From positions 105,028,001 to 105,092,000 of the forward strand of contig OZ024744.1 in assembly GCA_964016885.1 (NCBI GenBank): a DNA stretch of 64,000 nucleotides, in the 5' to 3' direction. Source of the stretch: Eledone cirrhosa. Taxonomy: Eukaryota. The notes beneath the pieces are model-generated. The model was given only the letters and a program-made list of their open reading frames with translations, was not told the origin of the DNA and made no database searches. Below, piece after piece: positions 1 to 10,210 of the stretch; positions within the stretch are counted from its first letter, which is position 1; every line of letters begins with the position of its first letter. The position numbers and the translations under genes were made by a program.

Positions 1-921
1 ACTTCGTCTGCCGCCATCAGCAGGTTTGCTTTCAGGAATTCCCACTGTTCCTCTATATTATCCGACTCTAAATGCTCTTCCTTACTGTCGAAAGCATCAA
101 GTAATATGCTTTGAAATTTATTTCTGGCTGTGGGGTCCTTTAGCTTCCATATTTTTCTCCTGAGGAAAGTCCTCTTCTGCTGTCGAGTACGTCTCGTCCT
201 GACTATGAGGTCGCTAATTATCAGTCTATGTTGGGAGGTGCATTCTTCATGGGGGAGGGATTTAGTGTTTACAACAGTCACTCTGTCACGTCTTCTGGTA
301 AGGATATAATCTACCTGGCTGGTATGTTCCCCTGATCTGTAGGTGATCAAGTGATTGTCTCGTTTTTTGAAGTTAGTGTTACAGATTGTTAGGTTATTTG
401 CGTCACAGAATTCCAGGATTCTGGAGCCTTCCTCATTTCTGGTACCAAACCCGTAGCCTCCATGGATTTCATCATAGCCGTCACAATGTTGTCCAACGTG
501 ACCATTTAGGTCGCCAGCAATAATTATATAGTCACTGTCGGTTATTTGGGAGGTAGTGAGCATCAGTGTCTCATAGAAAGTGTCTTTTATAGTGCCAGGC
601 AGTCCGGATTGGGGCGCGTACGCAGATATTATCGTCACAGTAGTTCTATTTAGAACAAGTCTTATTTTAATTATTCTGTCGTTCACTCTATTTACGCCTA
701 TTATCTTATCCACCCATTTTTCTGCTAACAGGATTCCTACCCCACCCAGCCCATTGTCATTTCCCACCCAGAAAAGCTTATAGCATCGTTTTTTACCCAC
801 AATGAATCTAGCAGACCCGCCTCTCCACCTGGTCTCTTGGATGCAAGCAGACATCAACCTCCTTACGTTCAAGCATTTCTACAACCTCGTTTGAGCGGCC
901 TTTTAAGGTCCCTACATTCAT
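1..921 (-). mobile_element. RTE-clade (BovB/RTE-1-like) non-LTR retrotransposon, N-terminal APE-type endonuclease region; one frameshift; continues off the left edge
   Basis: Manual minus-strand translation from ATG at 921: MNVGTLKGRSNEVVEMLERKEVDVC, then a 1-nt frameshift near 847, then CIQETRWRGGSARF...GVGILLAEKW...IISAYAPQSG...IIIAGDLNGHVG...GGYGFGTRNEEGSRILEFC...NTNFKK...ITYRSG...QVDYIL...SQHRLII...IWKLKD...WEFLK, with no stop down to base 1. NVGTL, QETRW, AYAPQ, GDLNGHVG, DYIL and SQH are the APE motifs typical of RTE elements. Confidence 0.93.
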
Positions 922-937
922 GGTACAGGTCCCTATG

Positions 938-970
938 TATATATATATATAAAGAGAGAGAGAGAGAGAG
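938..970. repeat. Compound (TA)n-(AG)n microsatellite next to the upstream end of the recognisable LINE coding sequence
   Basis: tatatatatatata aa gagagagagagagagag read directly. Confidence 0.9.
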
Positions 971-1152
971 CATTAAAAAGATCAGAGGCCATATGCAGTT
1001 GAGTTTTCTTTATATCTCTGTGATACATATTTTAATGCTATATAATGCTCCAGCTTGTACCATTTATACAGGTCATTGAGCACTTCATTGTTGACTGAAA
1101 TGTGGTCTTCACATCCCTGATCGGTCAGTCCCACATTATAATACACATATAT

Positions 1153-1295
1153 GGAGGCACATGGCTTAGTGGTTAGAGCATTGGCCTTGCAATCGAAAGA
1201 TTGTGAGTTCAATTCTCAGACCGGGTGATGTGTTGTTTCCTTGAGCAAGAGACTTTATTTTACATTGCTCCAGTTTACTCAGCTGTAGAAATGAG
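1153..1295 (+). mobile_element. tRNA-derived SINE (head and conserved body), degenerate
   Basis: Pol III A-box TGGCTTAGTGG (1162-1172) and B-box GAGTTCAATTC (1205-1215) at tRNA-like spacing, followed by a body GTGTTGTTTCCTTGAGCAAGAGACTTTATTT...CAGCTGTAGAAATGAG resembling conserved metazoan SINE central domains. Confidence 0.7.
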
Positions 1296-1344
1296 ATGCT
1301 AGGGACTGGGGTCCCTATTATTCCACTGCAAAGTGGTCGTGGAA

Positions 1345-1633
1345 GTGCCACATCAATAAAGCACCCAGTACTCACTGTAAATGAGGTTGGTGTTAGGAAG
1401 GGCATCCAGCTGTAGAAATCAAGCCAGCATCAGTTCCCGTCCCACCCTTGCAAGCAGGGAAAAAGCGGATGTAAAATGAAATGATGATGAAATGATGATA
1501 TATATATATATGAAATCAAGCCATAATCATTTCTGTATGAGCAAGACATGGTCACCTGACCTGGCATTGCCCACAACAGGAGAACTCATCTAACCCATGC
1601 TAGCATGGAATGTAAAACAGTGATGATGATGAT
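1345..1633 (+). mobile_element. Non-autonomous retroposon 3' region (RTE-type tail) ending in (TGA)n, interrupted by a nested insertion
   Basis: AAAGCACCCAGTAC...GGTTGGTGTTAGGAAGGGCATCCAGCTGTAGAAA motif, terminal palindrome CCATGCTAGCATGG (1595-1608), then tgtaaaacagTGATGATGATGAT. Family assignment is from memory of RTE-associated repeats. Confidence 0.55.
1427..1511 (+). mobile_element. Short 5'-truncated retroposon 3' tail inserted with a 12-bp target-site duplication
   Basis: GAAATCAAGCCA at 1415-1426 and again at 1512-1523; the insert carries hairpin CCCTTGCAAGCAGGG (1445-1459) and an (ATG)n/(TA)n tail. Confidence 0.65.
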
Positions 1634-2250
1634 ATATAAATATGCGATATATATATATATATGCAAGAAAAACCACAAACCCTCCATTTCTATTCTACTT
1701 TTGAAAAGCATAAGAACTGTGAAACTGGTAAAGGGAATAAATAAATATTCTTAAACAGACTCCAGTTGCATTTTCGATTTTTTCTTCTTATACTTTCACC
1801 TGTGCAGGACATCTCATTTTTTTTTTTATTAAATATAAATATACATATCTAAATAGCCACAAAGAAATATGTAATCAAGGGGTTTATATACCTTATCACT
1901 TGTAGTAGTATTATTGTCATGGAAGTACTAATTTTCATATAATTAGCACTCATGTTGGTAGTTAATTAAGATGTATATCAATTGCTCAACGTTTTGTTGC
2001 CAGCAGAGGTAAACAGTTCCCTGAACTTTTTCCAACCCATTCTTATCCTGGTCCCTACAAATTTGAAACACCCACCGCCAATACTAATGAGATCAATTGG
2101 GTAGAGCTTATGAAGTTGCTTTGTTAAAACTTTAACATTCAAATTACTCTGTATATACTATTGTATTTTCATGGTAAAGGCTTTACCTTACATTATTATC
2201 TTACATAATATCGAAGCTATAAGATTTTTTGACATTATTTATTTTGAGAA

Positions 2251-2438
2251 GGGCAGTGGATTGGCAGTATCAGTAGAGTCTCAGACACCATGCTTTGCAG
2301 CATAGAGTTATGGCCCTTTACGTTCTGAGTTCAAATCCCACTGGGATTAACTTTGCCTTTCATCCTTATGGGGTTGATAAAATAAAGTACCAGTAATGCA
2401 CTGGGGTAATTGCTGGCCTTGTGCCAAAAGTTGAAACA
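2251..2438 (+). mobile_element. tRNA-related SINE with 17-bp TSD (resembles an abundant octopus SINE family)
   Basis: Perfect direct repeat ATTATTTATTTTGAGAA at 2234-2250 and 2439-2455; B-box-like GAGTTCAAATCC (about 2327-2338); body ACTTTGCCTTTCATCC...GATAAAATAAAGTACCAG...GCTGGCCTTGTGCCAAAA. Confidence 0.85.
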
Positions 2439-2519
2439 ATTATTTATTTTGAGAACAATATCTTAATATCAGTATGAGCAGCCAGCTACAGCCAGTTTGA
2501 ACTGAAAGAGATGGGAGAA

Positions 2520-2559
2520 TCCTGGCTGGATACGGCCAGTTTAAATTCTAAAGGGTGAA
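2520..2559 (-). mobile_element. Possible decayed terminus of a TTAA-type (piggyBac-like) MITE
   Basis: Reverse complement reads TTCA-CCCTTTAGAATTTAAACTGGCC, one mismatch from a TTAA-CCCTTTAG end; no partner end found. Confidence 0.25.
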
Positions 2560-2656
2560 CACTGTTATTGTTAGCATCTCCTGTGTGTCTACTACACTGA
2601 AGATCAATCTTATCTCTTGGTCTGCTTCTTACTACACCTTTTCTAAGTCTATAGGT

Positions 2657-2909
2657 CAGTGATTCTCAACCAGTGTGCCGCAAGATCTTCCAAAGTGTGC
2701 CGCGAAATATTGAACGACACTCTAAGAAAATGCGATTACGTACAATGGAAGAAGAAATGAGGGTGTGTCTGTCTCATATTCGACCAAACATTGAGGAAAT
2801 TATGAATAAAAGCCAGGCACAAATGTCTCACTAAAGAAGCCAGCTATTTGACTGATGAAATTCAAAACACTGCTGTGTTTTTCTTTATATAGTTTGAGTC
2901 AGTCTATCT
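2657..2909 (+). mobile_element. Left portion of an internally deleted hAT (Buster/Charlie group) DNA transposon; right end not in window
   Basis: TIR-like CAGTGATTCTCAAC at 2657, preceded by 8-mer CTATAGGT (2649-2656) that fits the nnnTAnnn Buster target consensus; subterminal direct repeat AGTGTGCCGC at 2672 and 2694; transposase C-terminus follows directly. Confidence 0.82.
2721..2834 (+). pseudogene. C-terminal remnant of a Buster/Charlie-type hAT transposase (ZBED5/ZBED8/SCAND3-like tail)
   Basis: Translates SKKMRLRTMEEEMRVCLSHIRPNIEEIMNKSQAQMSH* (TAA 2832-2834); the RL..E..MRxxLS.I.P.I......Q.Q.SH* ending is characteristic of this transposase group. Confidence 0.85.
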
Positions 2910-4619
2910 GTCTATGACTAGTCTGTGTCTACAGTTGTATGCCGTCTATGACTAGTCTGAGTCTACGGTTGTATGCCGTCTATGACTAGTCTGATTCTAC
3001 GGTTGTATGCCGTCTATGACTAGTCTGTGTCTACGGTTGTATGCCGTCTATGACTAGTCTGATCCACAGTTGTATGCCGTCTATGACTAGTCTGATCCAC
3101 GGTTGTATGCCGTCTATGACTAGTCTGTGTCTTCAGTTGTATGCCGTCTATGACTAGTCTGTGTCTACGGTTGTATGCCGTCTATGACTAGTCTGTGTGT
3201 CCGGTTGTATGCAGTCTATGACTAGTCTGTGTCTACAGTTGTATGCCGCCTATGACTAGTCTGTGTCTACGGTTGTATGCCGTCTATGACTAGTCTGTGT
3301 CTACGGTTGTATGCCGTCTATGACTAGTCTGTGTCTACGGTTGTATGCAGTCTATGACTAGTCTGTGTCTACGGTTGTATGCAGTCTATGACTAGTCTGA
3401 TCCACGGTTGTATGTCGTCTATGACTACTCTGGGTCTTCAGTTGTATGCCGTCTATGACTAGTCTGTGTCTACGGTTGTATGCCGTCTATGACTAGTCTA
3501 AGTCTACGATTGTATGCCGTCTATGACTAGTCTGTGTCTACGGATGTATGCCGTCTATGACTAGTCTGTGTCTACGGTTGTATGCCGTCTATGACTAGTC
3601 TGTGTCTTCAGTTGTATGCCGTCTATGACTAGTCTGTGTCTACGGTTGTATGCCGTCTATGACTAGTCTGAGTCTACGGTTGTATGCCGTCTATGACTAG
3701 TCTGTGTCTTCAGTTGTATGCCGTCTATGATTAGTCTGTGTCTACGGTTGTATGCCGTCTATGACTAGTCTGTGTCTACGGTTGTATGCCGTCTATGACT
3801 AGTCTGTGTCTTCAGTTGTATGCCGTCTATGACTATTCTGTGTCTACGGTTGTATGCCGTCTATGACTAGTCTGAGTCTACGGTTGTATGCCGTCTATGA
3901 CTAGTCTGTGTCTACGGTTGTATGCCGTCTATGACTAGTCTGTGTCTACAGTTGTATGCCGTCTATGACTAGTCTGTGTCTACGGTTGTATGCCGTCTAT
4001 AACTAGTCTGTGTCTACGGTTGTATGCCGTCTATGACTAGTCTGTGTGTACGGTTGTATGCAGTCTATGACTAGTCTGTGTCTACGGTTGTATGCCGTCT
4101 ATGACTAGTCTGTGTCTACTGTTGTATACCATCTATGACTAGTCTGTGTCTACGGTTGTATGCCGTCTATGACTAGTCTGTGTCTACGGTTGTATGCCGT
4201 CTATGACTAGTCTGATCCACGGTTGTATGCTGTCTATGACTAGTCTGTGTCTACGGTTGTATGCCGTCTATGACTAGTCTGTGTGTACGGTTGTATGCAG
4301 TCTATGACTAGTCTGATCCACGGTTGTATGCCGTCTATGACTAGTCTGTGTCTACGGTTGTATGCTGTCTATGACTAGTCTGTGTCTACTGTTGTATACC
4401 ATCTATGACTAGTCTGTGTCTACGGTTGTATGCCGTCTATGACTAGTCTGTGTCTACGGTTGTATGCCGTCTATGACTAGTCTGTGTCTACGGTTGTATG
4501 CCGTCTATGACTAGTCTGTGTCTACGGTTGTATGCCGTCTATGACGAGTCTGTGTCTACGGTTGTATGCCGTCTATGACTAGTCTGTGTCTACAGTTGTA
4601 TGCCGTCTATGACGAGTCT

Positions 4620-7600
4620 GTGTCTACGGTTGTATGCCGTCTATGACTAGTCTGTTCTACGGTTGTATGCCGTCTATGACTAGTCTGTGTCTACTGTTGT
4701 ATGCCGTCTATGACTAGTCTGTGTCTACAGTTGTATGCCGTCTATGACTAGTCTGTGTCTACAGTTGTATGCCGTCTATGACTAGTCTGTGTCTACAGTT
4801 GTATGCCGTCTATGACTAGTCTGTGTCTACAGTTGTATGCCGTCTATGTCTAGTCTGTGTCTACAGTTGTATGCCGTCTATGACTAGTCTGTGTCTACGG
4901 TTGAATGCCGTCTATGACTAGTCTGTGTCTACGGTTGTATGCCGTCTATGACTAGTCTGTGTCTACTGTTGTATGCCGTCTATGACTAGTCTGTGTCTAC
5001 GGTTGAATGCCGTCTATGACTAGTCTGTGTCTACGGTTGTATGCCGTCTATGACTAGTCTGTGTCTACGGTTGTATGCCGTCTATGACTAGTCTGTGTCT
5101 ACAGTTGTATGCCGTATATCACTAGTCTGTGTCTACGGTTGTATGCCGTCTATGACTAGTCTGTGCCTTCAGTTGTATGCCGTCTATGACTAGTCTGTGT
5201 CTACAGTTGTATGCCGTATATGACTAGTCTGTGTCTACTGTTGTATGCCGTATATGACTAGTCTGTGTCTACGGTTGTATGCTGTCTATGAGTAGTCTGT
5301 GTCTACTGTTGTATGCCGTCTATGACTAGTCTGTGTCTACGGTTGTATGCCGTCTATGACTAGTCTGTGTCTACTGTTGTATGCCGTCTATGACTAGTCT
5401 GTGTCTACGGTTGTATACCGTCTATGACTAGTCTGATCCACGGTTGTATGCCGTCTATGACTAGTCTGTGTCTACAGTTGTATGCCGTCTATGACTAGTC
5501 TGTGTCTATGGTTGTATGCCATCTATGACTAGTCTGTGTCTACAGTTGTATGCCGTCTATGACTAGTCTATGTGTACGGTTGTATGCCGTCTATGACTAG
5601 TCTGTGTGTACGGTTGTATGCCGTCTATGACTAGTCTGTGTCTACGGTTGTATGCCGTCTGTGACTAGTCTGTGTCTACGGTTGTATGCCGTCTATGACT
5701 AGTCTGTGTCTACGGTTGTATGCCGTCTATGACTAGTCTGTGTCTACGGTTGTATGCCGTCTATAACTAATCTGTGTCTACGGTTGTATGCTGTCTATGA
5801 CTAGTCTGATCCACGGTTGTATGCCGTCTATGACTAGTCTGTGTCTACAGTTGTATGCCGTCTATGACTAGTCTGTGTCTATGGTTGTATGCCATCTATG
5901 ACTAGTCTGTGTCTACAGTTGTATGCCGTCTATGACTAGTCTATGTGTACGGTTGTATGCCGTCTATGACTAGTCTGTGTGTACGGTTGTATGCCGTCTA
6001 TGACTAGTCTGTGTCTACGGTTGTATGCCGTCTGTGACTAATCTGTGTCTACGGTTGTATGCCGTCTATGACTAGTCTGTGTCTACGGTTGTATGCCGTC
6101 TATGACTAGTCTGTGTCTACGGTTGTATGCCGTCTATAACTAATCTGTGTCTACGGTTGTATGCTGTCTATGACTAGTCTGTGTCTACGGTTGTATGCCG
6201 CCTATGACGAGTCTGTTTCTACGGTTGTATGCCGTCTATGACTAGTCTGTGTCTACAGTTGTATGCCGTCTATGACTAGTCTGTGTCTACGGTTGTATGC
6301 AGTCTATGACTAGTCTGTGTCTACAGTTGTATGCCGTCTATGACTAGTCTATGTGTACGGTTGTATGCCGTCTATGACTAGTCTGTGTCTACGGTTGTAT
6401 GCCGTCTATGACTAGTCTATGTTTACGGTTGTATGCCGTCTATGACTAGTCTGTGTCTACGGTTGTATGCCGTCTATGACTTGTCTGTGTCTACGGTTGT
6501 ATGCCGTCTATGACTAGTCTGTGTCTACGGTTGTATGCCGTCTATGACTAGTCTGTGTGTACGGTTGTATGCCGTCTATGACTAGTCTGTGTCTACTGTT
6601 GTATGCCGTATATGGCTAGTCTGTGTGTACGGTTGTATGCAGTCTATGACTAGTCTGTGTCTACGGTTGTATGCCATCTATGACTAGTCTGTGTCTACGG
6701 TTGTATGCCGCCTATGACTAGTCTGTGTCTACTGTTGTATGCCGTCTATGACTAGTTTGTGTCTACGGTTGTATACCGTCTATGACTAGTCTGTGTCTAC
6801 GGTTGTATGCCGTCTATGACTAGTCTGTGTCTACTGCTGTATGCCGTCTATGACTAGTCTGTGTGTACGGTTGTATGCCGTCTATGACTAGTCTGTGTCT
6901 ACGGTTGTATGCCGTCTATGACTAGTCTGTGTGTACGGTTGTATGCCGTCTATGACTAGTCTGTGTCTACGGTTGTATGCCGTCTATGACTAGTCTGATC
7001 CACGGTTGTATGCCGTCTATGACTAGTCTGTGTCTACGGTTGTATGCAGTCTATGACTAGTCTGTGTCTACGGTTGTATGCCGTCTATGACTAGTCTGAT
7101 CCACGGTTGTATGCAGTCTATGACTAGTCTGTGTCTACAGTTGTATGCCGTCTATGACTAGTCTGTGTCTACGGTTGTATGCCGTCTATGACTAGTCTGA
7201 TCCACGGTTGTATGCCGTCTATGACTAGTCTGTGTCTACGGTTGTATGCCGTCTATGACTAGTCTGTGTCTACGGTTGTATGCCGTCTATGACTAGTCTG
7301 TGTCTACAGTTGTATGCCGTCTATGACTAGTCTGTGTCTATGGTTGTATGCCATCTATGACTAGTCTGTGTCTACAGTTGTATGCCGTCTATGACTAGTC
7401 TGTGTCTACGGTTGTATGCCGTCTATGACTAGTCTGTTCTACGGTTGTATGCCGTCTATGACTAGTCTGTGTCTACTGTTGTATGCCGTCTATGACTAGT
7501 CTGTGTCTACAGTTGTATGCCGTCTATGACTAGTCTGTGTCTACAGTTGTATGCCGTCTATGACTAGTCTGTGTCTACAGTTGTATGCCGTCTATGACTA

Positions 7601-10210
7601 GTCTGTGTCTACAGTTGTATGCCGTCTATGTCTAGTCTGTGTCTACAGTTGTATGCCGTCTATGACTAGTCTGTGTCTACGGTTGAATGCCGTCTATGAC
7701 TAGTCTGTGTCTACGGTTGTATGCCGTCTATGACTAGTCTGTGTCTACTGTTGTATGCCGTCTATGACTAGTCTGTGTCTACGGTTGAATGCCGTCTATG
7801 ACTAGTCTGTGTCTACGGTTGTATGCCGTCTATGACTAGTCTGTGTCTACGGTTGTATGCCGTCTATGACTAGTCTGTGTCTACAGTTGTATGCCGTATA
7901 TCACTAGTCTGTGTCTACGGTTGTATGCCGTCTATGACTAGTCTGTGCCTTCAGTTGTATGCCGTCTATGACTAGTCTGTGTCTACAGTTGTATGCCGTA
8001 TATGACTAGTCTGTGTCTACTGTTGTATGCCGTATATGACTAGTCTGTGTCTACGGTTGTATGCTGTCTATGAGTAGTCTGTGTCTACTGTTGTATGCCG
8101 TCTATGACTAGTCTGTGTCTACGGTTGTATGCCGTCTATGACTAGTCTGTGTCTACTGTTGTATGCCGTCTATGACTAGTCTGTGTCTACGGTTGTATAC
8201 CGTCTATGACTAGTCTGATCCACGGTTGTATGCCGTCTATGACTAGTCTGTGTCTACAGTTGTATGCCGTCTATGACTAGTCTGTGTCTATGGTTGTATG
8301 CCATCTATGACTAGTCTGTGTCTACAGTTGTATGCCGTCTATGACTAGTCTATGTGTACGGTTGTATGCCGTCTATGACTAGTCTGTGTGTACGGTTGTA
8401 TGCCGTCTATGACTAGTCTGTGTCTACGGTTGTATGCCGTCTGTGACTAGTCTGTGTCTACGGTTGTATGCCGTCTATGACTAGTCTGTGTCTACGGTTG
8501 TATGCCGTCTATGACTAGTCTGTGTCTACGGTTGTATGCCGTCTATAACTAATCTGTGTCTACGGTTGTATGCTGTCTATGACTAGTCTGATCCACGGTT
8601 GTATGCCGTCTATGACTAGTCTGTGTCTACAGTTGTATGCCGTCTATGACTAGTCTGTGTCTATGGTTGTATGCCATCTATGACTAGTCTGTGTCTACAG
8701 TTGTATGCCGTCTATGACTAGTCTATGTGTACGGTTGTATGCCGTCTATGACTAGTCTGTGTGTACGGTTGTATGCCGTCTATGACTAGTCTGTGTCTAC
8801 GGTTGTATGCCGTCTGTGACTAATCTGTGTCTACGGTTGTATGCCGTCTATGACTAGTCTGTGTCTACGGTTGTATGCCGTCTATGACTAGTCTGTGTCT
8901 ACGGTTGTATGCCGTCTATAACTAATCTGTGTCTACGGTTGTATGCTGTCTATGACTAGTCTGTGTCTACGGTTGTATGCCGCCTATGACGAGTCTGTTT
9001 CTACGGTTGTATGCCGTCTATGACTAGTCTGTGTCTACAGTTGTATGCCGTCTATGACTAGTCTGTGTCTACGGTTGTATGCAGTCTATGACTAGTCTGT
9101 GTCTACAGTTGTATGCCGTCTATGACTAGTCTATGTGTACGGTTGTATGCCGTCTATGACTAGTCTGTGTCTACGGTTGTATGCCGTCTATGACTAGTCT
9201 ATGTTTACGGTTGTATGCCGTCTATGACTAGTCTGTGTCTACGGTTGTATGCCGTCTATGACTTGTCTGTGTCTACGGTTGTATGCCGTCTATGACTAGT
9301 CTGTGTCTACGGTTGTATGCCGTCTATGACTAGTCTGTGTGTACGGTTGTATGCCGTCTATGACTAGTCTGTGTCTACTGTTGTATGCCGTATATGGCTA
9401 GTCTGTGTGTACGGTTGTATGCAGTCTATGACTAGTCTGTGTCTACGGTTGTATGCCATCTATGACTAGTCTGTGTCTACGGTTGTATGCCGCCTATGAC
9501 TAGTCTGTGTCTACTGTTGTATGCCGTCTATGACTAGTTTGTGTCTACGGTTGTATACCGTCTATGACTAGTCTGTGTCTACGGTTGTATGCCGTCTATG
9601 ACTAGTCTGTGTCTACTGCTGTATGCCGTCTATGACTAGTCTGTGTGTACGGTTGTATGCCGTCTATGACTAGTCTGTGTCTACGGTTGTATGCCGTCTA
9701 TGACTAGTCTGTGTGTACGGTTGTATGCCGTCTATGACTAGTCTGTGTCTACGGTTGTATGCCGTCTATGACTAGTCTGATCCACGGTTGTATGCCGTCT
9801 ATGACTAGTCTGTGTCTACGGTTGTATGCAGTCTATGACTAGTCTGTGTCTACGGTTGTATGCCGTCTATGACTAGTCTGATCCACGGTTGTATGCAGTC
9901 TATGACTAGTCTGTGTCTACAGTTGTATGCCGTCTATGACTAGTCTGTGTCTACGGTTGTATGCCGTCTATGACTAGTCTGATCCACGGTTGTATGCCGT
10001 CTATGACTAGTCTGTGTCTACGGTTGTATGCCGTCTATGACTAGTCTGTGTCTACGGTTGTATGCCGTCTATGACTAGTCTGTGTCTACAGTTGTATGCC
10101 GTCTATGACTAGTCTGTGTCTATGGTTGTATGCCATCTATGACTAGTCTGTGTCTACAGTTGTATGCCGTCTATGACTAGTCTGTGTCTACGGTTGTATG
10201 CCGTCTATGA
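4620..10210. repeat. Higher-order tandem duplication, period 2782 bp (82 monomers), 2 copies
   Basis: Markers offset by 2782: tctgttctac 4651/7433, gccgtatatc 5111/7893, gatcc 5435/8217. 82x34 minus six 33-bp monomers = 2782. Confidence 0.9.

Noticed and set aside
580-783. 67-aa plus-strand ORF
   Set aside because: Antisense shadow of the RTE endonuclease frame.
1153-1225. Functional tRNA gene
   Set aside because: A and B boxes are present, but there is no convincing acceptor stem and the sequence continues into a SINE body.
837-1405. ORFs 837-1079 (+), 982-1212 (-) and 1166-1405 (-)
   Set aside because: Short, run through microsatellite and SINE sequence, and show no recognisable protein motifs.
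907-2057. GGTCCCTA seen four times (907, 928, 1310, 2050), one in hairpin TAGGGAC-TGGG-GTCCCTA
   Set aside because: The copies fall in unrelated elements with irregular spacing; no supportable function.
3055-3066. 11-nt mirror repeat CTAGTCTGATC created by the GATCC variant
   Set aside because: It is not homopurine/homopyrimidine, so H-DNA is unlikely; probably coincidental.
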